A stretch of 64,000 bases of DNA. It comes from an uncultured Actinomycetota bacterium (GTDB lineage Bacteria; Actinomycetota; Actinomycetes; JAHEKZ01). Where the stretch lies: the NCBI GenBank assembly GCA_963829525.1, contig CAWHIJ010000003.1:1536001-1600000 (forward strand). Direction: 5' to 3'. Positions 30,159 through 38,277 of the stretch are shown here, in pieces (the stretch's first letter is position 1; every line of letters begins with the position of its first letter). Both the position numbers and the translations under genes were made by a program. The notes beneath the pieces were generated by a model, which was not told where the DNA came from, made no database searches, and saw only the letters and a program-made list of their open reading frames with translations.

Positions 30159-31277
30159 TCAGGGGAGGGGGCGTGACTTCCAGGTGAGTGTGCCGCGCCG
30201 CCGTCCGACCCATGAACGGGCCGTCAGATAGCTGAAGCCAAGCACTGAAACGGGGTGCAGCAACGAGTCGGGCCACACCCGTCCGCCGACGCGGTGCGCT
30301 ACCAGCGCACGTCCGCTGACCGCACCTGCGTACCCAATCGCACCGAGCCGAGAACCGAGGAGTGCAGCGACCGGTGGAACCACATAGGCAAGCACCACGA
30401 GAGAGATGAAGGCCATCGCGCCAACAGGTGATCCCGTCGCCGACCAGAGCGACTTGCTGTACCCGTCGCGCAGGTCCCCCCAGCCGTCATACATGCGGCA
30501 GGTGGCGACGTCTGTTCCGTCGGCGAGCGAACCGCGGCGCCCGACGCGCTTGAGCTGCTGGAACAGGGCCACATCGTCCAGGACCTCACCACGGATGCCT
30601 GCATGTCCGCCGATGGTGTCGTAGGCATCGCGCGTGATGGCGAGCAGCTGACCGTTGGCCGCAACCAACGATGGTCGTGGACTCCGTTCGGCAAGGCCGA
30701 GGGGCAGCAGGGTTGACCATGACCACTGCAGCAGCGGCTGGACGATGCGCTCGGCCCAGGTGACCGAGATCTGTCGTGGGTACGGGCTTACGGCGTCGAC
30801 CGCCCCCGACTCCAGTAGCTTCAGCATCCGTGCCACGGCATTTGGCGCAAGCGTGACATCGGCATCGACGAAGACAAGCACCCGGCCGGTCGCCTTCTCC
30901 GCCAACTGGTTGCAGGCCCAGGTTTTGCCCAGCCAGCCAGCTGGCGGTTCGGCCTCGCTACGCGTCAGATGGACGCGGGGATCCTCGAGGTGGTGGCGGA
31001 CGACGGCTTCGGTGCTGTCGCTGGAGCGATCGTCGAGCACGAGGATCTCAAGATCGGGAACGTCCACCTGCGTACGTAACGAAGCAAGACAGTGGCCGAT
31101 TGTCGCCGCTTCGTTGCGGGCAGGCACCAACAGCGATACCCGAGGTCCGCTCCTGCCCGAAGCCTCCGGAAGCACCCGAAGCTGCCGCAGGTTCCACCAG
31201 CTGTGCGCCGCGCCGGCGACTGCCAGCGCCGACCCACCTGCGACCAGGGCTCTGGCGATCTGGCGTGCTCGGCTCAT
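30159..31277 (-). CDS. GT2 glycosyltransferase (carotenoid glycosyltransferase, CruG/CrtQ-like)
   Basis: VPARNE, DDRSSD, GWLGKTWAC, FVDADV, ANGQ, CRMY, TWKSR. Confidence 0.85.
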   Translation of the reverse strand: MSRARQIARALVAGGSALAVAGAAHSWWNLRQLRVLPEASGRSGPRVSLLVPARNEAATIGHCLASLRTQVDVPDLEILVLDDRSSDSTEAVVRHHLEDPRVHLTRSEAEPPAGWLGKTWACNQLAEKATGRVLVFVDADVTLAPNAVARMLKLLESGAVDAVSPYPRQISVTWAERIVQPLLQWSWSTLLPLGLAERSPRPSLVAANGQLLAITRDAYDTIGGHAGIRGEVLDDVALFQQLKRVGRRGSLADGTDVATCRMYDGWGDLRDGYSKSLWSATGSPVGAMAFISLVVLAYVVPPVAALLGSRLGAIGYAGAVSGRALVAHRVGGRVWPDSLLHPVSVLGFSYLTARSWVGRRRGTLTWKSRPLP

Positions 31278-32068
31278 CCGCGGTCGACCCAGAGTCGCCA
31301 GACGAGCGGCAACGCGACAAGGCCCATCGCGAGACCTCCGACGATCGCGGGGCCAGGTCTTTCGAAGAAGGCGGCACTCGCCAGCACAGACGACGCATAG
31401 ACCCACAGATACATCGTGGCGGGCTGTGCAGGTGAGGCTCGGCGGGCCGGGATGGCGAGCAGGACGAGCCCGATGACCAGGCCGACGCCGAACCATCCTG
31501 CGTAGTTCACCAACGGGATATCGGGGATGCCCGGAAGGTCAGGTGACGTGGTCATCCATCGCCAGGCACCGAGCTCGACCATCATCGGGTCGAGGAAGAA
31601 GTCCCACGCCATGAGCGACCAGGCCGTCACCACCGGAACCAGCCAACGTGCACGTGTCACCACGGTGGACGCCGCGACGTACGCGGGATACGCCATCATC
31701 GCCCAGGCAAGCGGGACCACCGCGGGGACGCCACCGAGCAACGGTCCAAGAGCATCGGTGTACTCGTACTCGCCGAACGGAACGCCTGTCGTCGACCCAA
31801 TCCGTTCGGCCCCCCATCCGATCGCCGGAACGACGACGCCGACGAGGATGAACCCGCGCAAGCGGTGGTACGCGGACGCGTGGGTCACCGAGGCCAGGTA
31901 GAAGACGACGACCGTGGACGCAGCGAGGCTCGCCCGCTGGTCGTCTCCGGCGAGAGGGAACGCGATCTGCAGGGCGATGGTCGCCACAGCGAGGAACCAG
32001 CCGACAGCAACCGCGACCGGTGCTGCCTGCTCGGCAGGGGCCGGTCCGGTGTATGTACGAAGACTCAT
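31274..32068 (-). CDS. cruF: Carotenoid 1,2-hydratase, CruF family
   Basis: E..G..TGVPFGEYEY, VP..VPLAW, WDFFLDP, IPLVNYAGW. Confidence 0.82.
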   Translation of the reverse strand: MSLRTYTGPAPAEQAAPVAVAVGWFLAVATIALQIAFPLAGDDQRASLAASTVVVFYLASVTHASAYHRLRGFILVGVVVPAIGWGAERIGSTTGVPFGEYEYTDALGPLLGGVPAVVPLAWAMMAYPAYVAASTVVTRARWLVPVVTAWSLMAWDFFLDPMMVELGAWRWMTTSPDLPGIPDIPLVNYAGWFGVGLVIGLVLLAIPARRASPAQPATMYLWVYASSVLASAAFFERPGPAIVGGLAMGLVALPLVWRLWVDRG

Positions 32069-32652
32069 GGTTCCTCAGCTGCCCGACCTTGTTGTCGGGA
32101 GCGACGGTATCGGGCGATCGCTTTCCAAAAGAGGACGACCACCACGATACCCAGGGCCAGGAGAACGAAAGCGATCGCTGCCGCAACCCAGGGGGCAATG
32201 AAGGCAAGCACAGTGACGATGAATACAGCGACGTCCTCGAGCAAGCTGACAATGATGTTGCTCACCGGTTCGGGGGAGGTGTTCACCGCCACGCGGGTGC
32301 CGGTCTTGGTCAGATGTGCAGCCAGAGCCGTGGTGCCGCCGAGGCCGGCGAGAACCGCCTGCTGCAACGTCGTGGCATCACCGGATATCAGCAATGAGAG
32401 TGCAACGCCGGCGACCGGACGAATCGCGGTGTTGACGGCGTCCCACGTCGAGTCAAGGTAGGCGGTCTTGTCGACGACGAAGTCGATGGCCGTAAGGACG
32501 GCTGCAGCTATCAGGACGTCGGTGCGCATCAGCGCGTCTGGCACAGGAGCATCACCGATGCGCCCGGCGATGCCGGTCAGCAGAACGACGAGATACGGGT
32601 TGATACCACTGGCCCAGCCGCTGGTGAAGACGAGCGGAATCAGCTCGGCCAT
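32065..32652 (-). CDS. DUF4126-family membrane protein
   Basis: SGWASGINPY, DK..YLDSTWD, NTSPEPVSN..SLLED; TGATG-coupled to the crtA-like stop. Confidence 0.8.
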   Translation of the reverse strand: MAELIPLVFTSGWASGINPYLVVLLTGIAGRIGDAPVPDALMRTDVLIAAAVLTAIDFVVDKTAYLDSTWDAVNTAIRPVAGVALSLLISGDATTLQQAVLAGLGGTTALAAHLTKTGTRVAVNTSPEPVSNIIVSLLEDVAVFIVTVLAFIAPWVAAAIAFVLLALGIVVVVLFWKAIARYRRSRQQGRAAEEP

Positions 32653-33383
32653 CACATCACCGGCAACGGAGCGCCGTCGATCGTGCCGTCGATGGCCAGA
32701 ATGCTGAAGCGGGCGAAGAGCTCTTCGGCGAACCACCCGGTGTCGCGGGTGCGTGCAATTGCTTCTCGGTGGCCGGGGCTCTCGTAGGCGAACTGCCGGA
32801 TCGCGTCGGCATCACGCCAGATGCTGAAGGTTCCCTGGAGCCCTATCGGAGCTTCGCCGATGCCCTTGGACCAGATCAGGCCGTTGGAGTGCGACACGGC
32901 GGATGCGGCCTCTGGCACCGACCGCCAGAAGTCCCTCAGCTGTTGGGGTCGGATCCGAGCTCTGGTGATCGAGGCGACCGGTCCGTCGTTGGTCGGTGGT
33001 GCCGCAGGTGTCGAGCCGAACGGCTGCTGCTTCGACCAGCGACCCATGCTCGAGAGCGGTCTCATGGTGATGTGCAGGCGTTCGGTGGCCGCGGCGTCCC
33101 AGCGTCGGAGGACGCGGGAGCGCTCGAACGTGACGGCGGCGTGCGGGGTGTCCCAGCAGGTGAGGAGAGCCCAGTGGTGCGGGTCGGCGTCCTGAGGGGC
33201 GAAGGTCCTGCCACTCCCGGTGCCAAGGAGCTTGGCGAAGGTGAGCCCGGGATACCCACGCAGGCGGAACCGGTCGACGGCAAGCCGTCCTACGGCCGAG
33301 GCGATACCGGCCCTCGGCACGGTCCAAATGTGCAGGCCGACCACTGCGGGGGTTGGCTCAGCGGTGAGGCCGGATGTGGACAT
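32652..33383 (-). CDS. crtA: CrtA-like (spheroidene monooxygenase family) carotenoid 2-oxygenase/hydroxylase
   Basis: PGLTFAKLLGTGSG..F, GRW, ITRARI, GIGEAPIGLQGTFSIW, FAY..H, WFAEELFARF. Confidence 0.8.
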   Translation of the reverse strand: MSTSGLTAEPTPAVVGLHIWTVPRAGIASAVGRLAVDRFRLRGYPGLTFAKLLGTGSGRTFAPQDADPHHWALLTCWDTPHAAVTFERSRVLRRWDAAATERLHITMRPLSSMGRWSKQQPFGSTPAAPPTNDGPVASITRARIRPQQLRDFWRSVPEAASAVSHSNGLIWSKGIGEAPIGLQGTFSIWRDADAIRQFAYESPGHREAIARTRDTGWFAEELFARFSILAIDGTIDGAPLPVM

Positions 33384-33414
33384 GGGTCGACCTTAGGGCG
33401 CCGAATCGAGGGGG

Positions 33415-33443
33415 TTGACGTCGGACGTGGTGAGGGGTTTACT
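33415..33443 (+). promoter_or_regulatory. Putative sigma-70-type promoter of the SOS cassette
   Basis: TTGACG (33415-33420)-N17-TTTACT (33438-33443), 9 nt upstream of the SOS box. Confidence 0.45.
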
Positions 33444-33452
33444 AGAGCTTAT

Positions 33453-33468
33453 TCGAACACATGTTCGA
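33453..33468. promoter_or_regulatory. LexA operator (actinobacterial SOS box)
   Basis: TCGAAC-ACAT-GTTCGA, exact match to TCGAAC-N4-GTTCGA, upstream of dnaE2/dinB. Confidence 0.92.
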
Positions 33469-33540
33469 ACCTGAGCCGGTCGGGTGGGGTGCTGACCTCG
33501 ACCCTCACCGCCCGCCCGACCGGCTCCCCGGCTTCCTGGT

Positions 33541-33564
33541 CCAACTGATGGACCAACTGATGGC
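33541..33564. repeat. 12-bp tandem duplication CCAACTGATGG(A/C) x2
   Basis: Read directly in the 5' leader of the SOS cassette. Confidence 0.8.
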
Positions 33565-33587
33565 TCGACCTGACAGGAGACAGCCCG

Positions 33588-33923
33588 ATGCGACGGATCG
33601 ACGAGTCGATTGAGTCGTTGACTCCCGTTGCTAGCGGTGAGACGGCGCCGCTGGCCTTCCGGTGGCGCGGCCGACGCTATGTCGTCGGAGCGGTATTGGC
33701 GCACTGGGTCGAGACGGGTGCGTGGTGGCGTCGGGTCGCATCGCGCCCCAGCTCCGGCTTCGATGAGCTGCCCGACCCCGAGCGGTGGCTCTGGCGGGTC
33801 GAGGCGTGCCGCGGGGCACAGACCGGAGTTTTCGACCTTTGCCTGGAAGTCGACAACCGTCCCGACGAGAGCTCCTGTGATCGCGGTCCAGCGCGCTGGT
33901 CCTTGTATGCGATCTACGACTGA
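33588..33923 (+). CDS. DUF6504-like small protein
   Basis: PLAFRWRGRRYVVGAVLAHWVETGAWW..WRVEA..GVFDL..WSLYAIYD pattern; AGGAG RBS. Confidence 0.8.
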   Translation: MRRIDESIESLTPVASGETAPLAFRWRGRRYVVGAVLAHWVETGAWWRRVASRPSSGFDELPDPERWLWRVEACRGAQTGVFDLCLEVDNRPDESSCDRGPARWSLYAIYD

Positions 33924-33976
33924 CCACCCGACTGACCACCCGACTGACCTACCGACTGACCTACCGACTGACCTAC
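33917..33976. repeat. Five tandem 12-bp units: CGACTGACCACC x2, then CGACTGACCTAC x3
   Basis: Read directly; the first unit contains the DUF6504 stop codon. Confidence 0.92.
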
Positions 33977-33993
33977 CTGAAGGGATGGCCCCC

Positions 33994-34437
33994 ATGTCCA
34001 TCGACTTGTCCGTCGACCACGCCATCGCTCGACGAACCCCTCGGGGGTCGTCGGCTGGGGTCCTCGACCTGCTTGCTGCTGCGCACCGCGGCCTCACCGA
34101 GGCGGTGCTCGAGCCACGGGCCAGTCGCCGCTACGCCGTCGCCCACCTGGCGGCGCTCCGGGCGGCTGCCGCCGTGCTGGCCACCCGTGCTCGTCCGACC
34201 GGCCGCCGTGGCCCGCGCAGCGCCTGGGATCTTCTCGGCCAGGCTGCCCCCGAGCTTGCTGAGTGGGCGGCTTTCTTCGCCGCTGGCGCCGGCAAGCGGG
34301 CGGCGGCCGAGGCTGGCCTGGACGCGGTCACGCCCCGGGAGGCCGACGACCTGCTCCGGGACGTTGAAACCTTCCTAGCGCTGGCCGAGACCACCGTCGG
34401 TGTCCCACACCAGACCTCGCTGCCCCGTGTCAGCTGA
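33994..34437 (+). CDS. SAV_6107-family HEPN-domain protein
   Basis: RYAVAHLAALRAAAAVLA.RA, SAWDLL..APELAEWAAFFA.GA.KRAAAEAG, READDLLRD..FL; start 33985 or 33994. Confidence 0.82.
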   Translation: MSIDLSVDHAIARRTPRGSSAGVLDLLAAAHRGLTEAVLEPRASRRYAVAHLAALRAAAAVLATRARPTGRRGPRSAWDLLGQAAPELAEWAAFFAAGAGKRAAAEAGLDAVTPREADDLLRDVETFLALAETTVGVPHQTSLPRVS

Positions 34438-34462
34438 CGAACCGGTGTCAGCTGACGACCCG
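34427..34462. repeat. 18-bp tandem duplication GTGTCAGCTGACGA(A/C)CCG x2, each copy containing the palindrome GTCAGCTGAC
   Basis: Read directly; spans the HEPN stop codon and the spacer before dnaE2. Confidence 0.88.
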
Positions 34463-34485
34463 CGCCCTGTTCGGGTCTGCTCTCG

Positions 34486-37400
34486 GTGACCGGCTCTTCT
34501 TCTTTTCCACACCTGCATGTCGCCTCCGGCTGGTCGCTGCGTCACGGCGCATCCAGCCCAGAGGCGCTCGTCTCCGTCGCGGCTGACCGCGGCCTCGCCG
34601 TTCTCGGTCTGACCGACCGCGATGGTGTCCGTGGCGCTGTGCGTTTTGCCCGCGCCACCCTCGCCGCCGGGATCGCTCCGGTCTTCGGCGCCGACCTCGC
34701 CCTCGCGCCACCCCCGAACCCGGGACGTGCCCCCGAGCGAGCTCGTCGTACGCCGGTTCGAGGAGGCCGCACTCGTGACCTCCGACTGCCCAGGGTCACG
34801 GTGCTGGCGCGTGGCCCGCATGGCTGGGCGGCGCTCTGTCGCCTGGTCTCCGCTGCCCATGCCCAAGCCGAGGCAGCCGGACGTCGGGGGTACCCGACGG
34901 TCGACGCCGACCTGGTCGCTCACTACGCGGCCGAAGGTGCCTTGGTGGTGCTGCTCGGTCCCGACTCCGACGTCGGTCGGATGCTGGCAAGGCGTCGCCC
35001 CGACCTCGCGACGCTGGCGTGGCAGAGATGGCGAGACCGCATCCCTGCGCTGTGGTGCGAAGTGGTCAACCATCGTGGCGCTGACCCGGTTGGTCGGTCG
35101 GCGCCGTTCGCCGGTCGGATGCTCGGATGGGCGCACGAGCAGCAGGCAGACACCTTGCTGTCCAACGCGGTTCGCTACGCCCGTCGCGAGGACGCCCCGG
35201 TCGCCGACGTGCTCGACGCCGCACGTCAGCTGGTTCCGCTTGACCTGCGCCACATCGATCGTCGCACCGGCGAGGGCTACCTGAAGTCGTCATCACAGAT
35301 GGCCGAGATCGCCGCCGAGGTCGCTCGTCTGTCCGGCGTCGGCACCGAGCGCTCCACCAGCCGCGCGTTGCTCGCCGCCACTGAACGGCTCGCGCAGCAG
35401 TGTGTCCTGTCCCCAGTGGCCGACCTCGGTCTCGGCTCGGTGCACTTTCCCGAGCTCGAGGTGGTCGACCCGACCGCTGCCGTGGCCGGACGTGCGCCCG
35501 ATGCCGTGCTGCGTGAGCGGTGCGCAGCCCGTTGGTCGGCCCGCGAGCTGCCGACCGGCGGGCAGGCCGGACGCGAGGCGCGCGACCGTCTGGAGCACGA
35601 GCTCGGCATCATCGCCAGCCTTGGCTACGCCACCTACTTCCTCACCGTCGCCGACGTCGTCGACCTGATCCGCTCGATGCAGATTCGGGTTGCCGCACGT
35701 GGTTCGGGTGCTGGGTCACTGGTTACCTACCTACTCGGAATCTCAGGGGTCGATCCGGTTCGGCACGACCTTCTCTTCGAAAGGTTCCTCTCTCCGCTTC
35801 GCCAGGCGCTGCCCGACATCGACATCGACGTCGAGTCAGCGCGGCGCCTTGAGATCTACACTCAGATCTTCGAGCGCTTCGGCACTGCTCGCGTCGCTTG
35901 TGTCTCCATGGCCGATACCTACCGCGTCCGGCACGCGATTCGTGATGTCGGTGCGGCGCTTGGTCTGCCGCCCTCTGAGATCGACATGATCGCGAAGGCG
36001 TTCCCACACATTCGCGCCAAGGACGCGCAGAACGCTTTGCGTGAGCTGCCAGAGCTGCGGGCCAGCCGGATCGCCGACGACCCGCGGATGACGTTGCTCT
36101 TCTCGCTCGTCGAGCGTCTCGACGGTTTGCCGCGTCACCTCGCACTGCACCCGTGTGGCGTTCTGCTCTCCGACGCCACGCTGCTCGATCGCACACCGGT
36201 CGAGCAGAGCGCGATGGGTTTTGCCATGAGCCAGTTCGACAAGGACGACGTCGAGCACCTTGGCCTACTCAAGCTCGATGTCCTCGGCATCCGCATGCAG
36301 TCGGCGATGGCCTATGCCCTTGACGAGATCGAACGGGTCGACGGCCCGCAGCAGCGCCCTGACCTCGACAGCGTGCCGTTCGACGACCTGGCGACCTTCG
36401 ACCTCATCCGTTCCACGCACACCCTTGGGTGCTTTCAGATCGAGTCACCTGGTCAGCGTGAGCTGGTCGGCAAGTTCGCCCCCGAAACCTTCGACGATCT
36501 CATCATCGACATCTCGCTCTTCCGTCCCGGTCCGGTGAAGTCCGACATGGTCCGGCCCTTTCTCCATGCACGACATGGCTGGGCTGAGCCGCAGTACCTG
36601 CACCCCGACCTTGAGCCGGTACTGCGCTCCACCTACGGCGTTGTCGTCTTCCACGAGCAGGTGATCGACATGTTGCATGTCATCGCCGGGTGCTCCCGGG
36701 CCGAAGGTGACGAGAAGCGGAGGGCCCTCGGTGATCCCGATGGCCAGGCTGAGACGCGCGAGTGGTTCTATCGCTGTGCCCGAATGCGTGGGTACGACCT
36801 GCCGACAATCGAACGCATCTGGGATGTCCTGCGTGCGTTCGCCTCCTTCGGGTTCTGTAAGGCACACGCTGCAGCTTTTGCGCTGCCGACCTACCAGTCG
36901 GCGTGGCTCAAGACGCACCACACGGCTGGCTTCCTCGCTGGCGTCCTCACCCACGATCCCGGCATGTACCCGAAGCGGTTGATCCTCGACGACGCCCGAC
37001 AGTTCGGCGTCACCGTTTTGCCGCTCGACGTCAACGCATCCCGGACCGGCTATCGGGTCGAGCGGGTCGAGGTGGTCGACCCCGCTGACGCCCCTGCGCC
37101 GCCGCCCCGCACTCTCCCCGTCGCCGACTCCACGACCAGCCGGGCGCGCGGCGTCCTTGACCATCCGGCGCTTCCGGATGCCAGCGGTTACGGCATCCGC
37201 ATCGCGCTCGCCGAGGTCAAAGGAATCAGTGACGCCGAGGTCGAGCGGATCATTGCCGGGCAGCCTTTTCGTTCACTCACCGATTTCTGGCACCGCGCTG
37301 CCGTCTCGCGTCCGGTCGTCGAGCGGTTGGTGCTCGCCGGAGCCTTCGACAGGCTGCACGGCATCGACCTCACTCTTCCCGCTGCATCGGCGCGACGCCG

Positions 37401-38265
37401 GATCACCCGCCGAGACCTGCTGCTGGCAGTCGCTGAGCTCGACCGTTGGACCGCGATGCCCACGTTCCGTCGGGCCAAGTCTGGAGCTCGGCCTTCAGCA
37501 GTGGCCGGACCGGGCACCCAGCTCTCCTTCCCGCTCGGCCCCAGCGACGAGCAGGTGGCCCCCTCCGGTCTGCCGGAGATGACTGGCGCTGAGCAGGTCA
37601 GGGCAGAGCTCGACGTCCTCGGTCTGGACGCCAGCCGCCATGTCGTTGACTTCTACACCCCGTTGCTGCGTTCGCTCGACGTCGTGCGCTCCCGCGACCT
37701 GCTCACCTGTCGCTCGCGCAGCGAGATCTTGGTCGCGGGTGTGAAGGTGGCCACTCAGACACCGCCGATCCGTTCCGGCCGACGGGTCGTCTTCGTCACC
37801 CTCGACGACGCCACCGGCCCGGTCGATGCGACCTTCTTCGAAGATGCTCAAGGCCCCTATGCCGCGACGCTCTTCCACTCGTGGCTCCTGCTGATCCGGG
37901 GTGAGATACGCCGGACCGGTCCTCGGGGCGTCTCACTGCGTGCCACAGGGTGCTGGGAGCTTTCTGGTCTGTACGACCTGTGGCAGCGCAGTGGCACCGC
38001 CGCCATCCACGAGGTGCTCGACACGCCACCTCTGCTCAGCCCCTTGGGCACTAGCGCCGAGGAGGTGCAAGCTCCGGCTGGTCCGGCCCTGGTGGAGCCA
38101 GCCGGAATCACGGCTGGGGGAATGGGACGACGGCGTGTCCTGGTCCACCCCAGCGGCTTCCGCCAGTCGCCGTACGCAGACGTCCGCCCGGCAGGTGATG
38201 ACGTGAACCGCGGCACACCACCGCGCAAGCTCTGGCACTCCAGTCCAGGGAGCTCAGGTGGCTGA
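34486..38265 (+). CDS. dnaE2: Error-prone DNA polymerase III alpha subunit (DnaE2, actinomycete LWHSSPGS-tail type)
   Basis: PHP HLHVASGWS..LTDRDG, ARGSGAGS, PDIDIDVE, KLDVLG, FGFCKAHAAAF, OB fold QTPPIRSGRRVVFVTLDD. Confidence 0.92.
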   Translation: MTGSSSFPHLHVASGWSLRHGASSPEALVSVAADRGLAVLGLTDRDGVRGAVRFARATLAAGIAPVFGADLALAPPPNPGRAPERARRTPVRGGRTRDLRLPRVTVLARGPHGWAALCRLVSAAHAQAEAAGRRGYPTVDADLVAHYAAEGALVVLLGPDSDVGRMLARRRPDLATLAWQRWRDRIPALWCEVVNHRGADPVGRSAPFAGRMLGWAHEQQADTLLSNAVRYARREDAPVADVLDAARQLVPLDLRHIDRRTGEGYLKSSSQMAEIAAEVARLSGVGTERSTSRALLAATERLAQQCVLSPVADLGLGSVHFPELEVVDPTAAVAGRAPDAVLRERCAARWSARELPTGGQAGREARDRLEHELGIIASLGYATYFLTVADVVDLIRSMQIRVAARGSGAGSLVTYLLGISGVDPVRHDLLFERFLSPLRQALPDIDIDVESARRLEIYTQIFERFGTARVACVSMADTYRVRHAIRDVGAALGLPPSEIDMIAKAFPHIRAKDAQNALRELPELRASRIADDPRMTLLFSLVERLDGLPRHLALHPCGVLLSDATLLDRTPVEQSAMGFAMSQFDKDDVEHLGLLKLDVLGIRMQSAMAYALDEIERVDGPQQRPDLDSVPFDDLATFDLIRSTHTLGCFQIESPGQRELVGKFAPETFDDLIIDISLFRPGPVKSDMVRPFLHARHGWAEPQYLHPDLEPVLRSTYGVVVFHEQVIDMLHVIAGCSRAEGDEKRRALGDPDGQAETREWFYRCARMRGYDLPTIERIWDVLRAFASFGFCKAHAAAFALPTYQSAWLKTHHTAGFLAGVLTHDPGMYPKRLILDDARQFGVTVLPLDVNASRTGYRVERVEVVDPADAPAPPPRTLPVADSTTSRARGVLDHPALPDASGYGIRIALAEVKGISDAEVERIIAGQPFRSLTDFWHRAAVSRPVVERLVLAGAFDRLHGIDLTLPAASARRRITRRDLLLAVAELDRWTAMPTFRRAKSGARPSAVAGPGTQLSFPLGPSDEQVAPSGLPEMTGAEQVRAELDVLGLDASRHVVDFYTPLLRSLDVVRSRDLLTCRSRSEILVAGVKVATQTPPIRSGRRVVFVTLDDATGPVDATFFEDAQGPYAATLFHSWLLLIRGEIRRTGPRGVSLRATGCWELSGLYDLWQRSGTAAIHEVLDTPPLLSPLGTSAEEVQAPAGPALVEPAGITAGGMGRRRVLVHPSGFRQSPYADVRPAGDDVNRGTPPRKLWHSSPGSSGG

Positions 38266-38277
38266 GAGGATGCCCTG

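Noticed and set aside
33917-33976. Repeat array as CRISPR or iteron
   Set aside because: Units are contiguous 12-mers without spacers; no cas or rep gene nearby
33994-34437. HEPN gene as a HEPN-MNT toxin-antitoxin or defence island marker
   Set aside because: No nucleotidyltransferase partner, no Rx4-6H motif and no other defence or mobility genes around it
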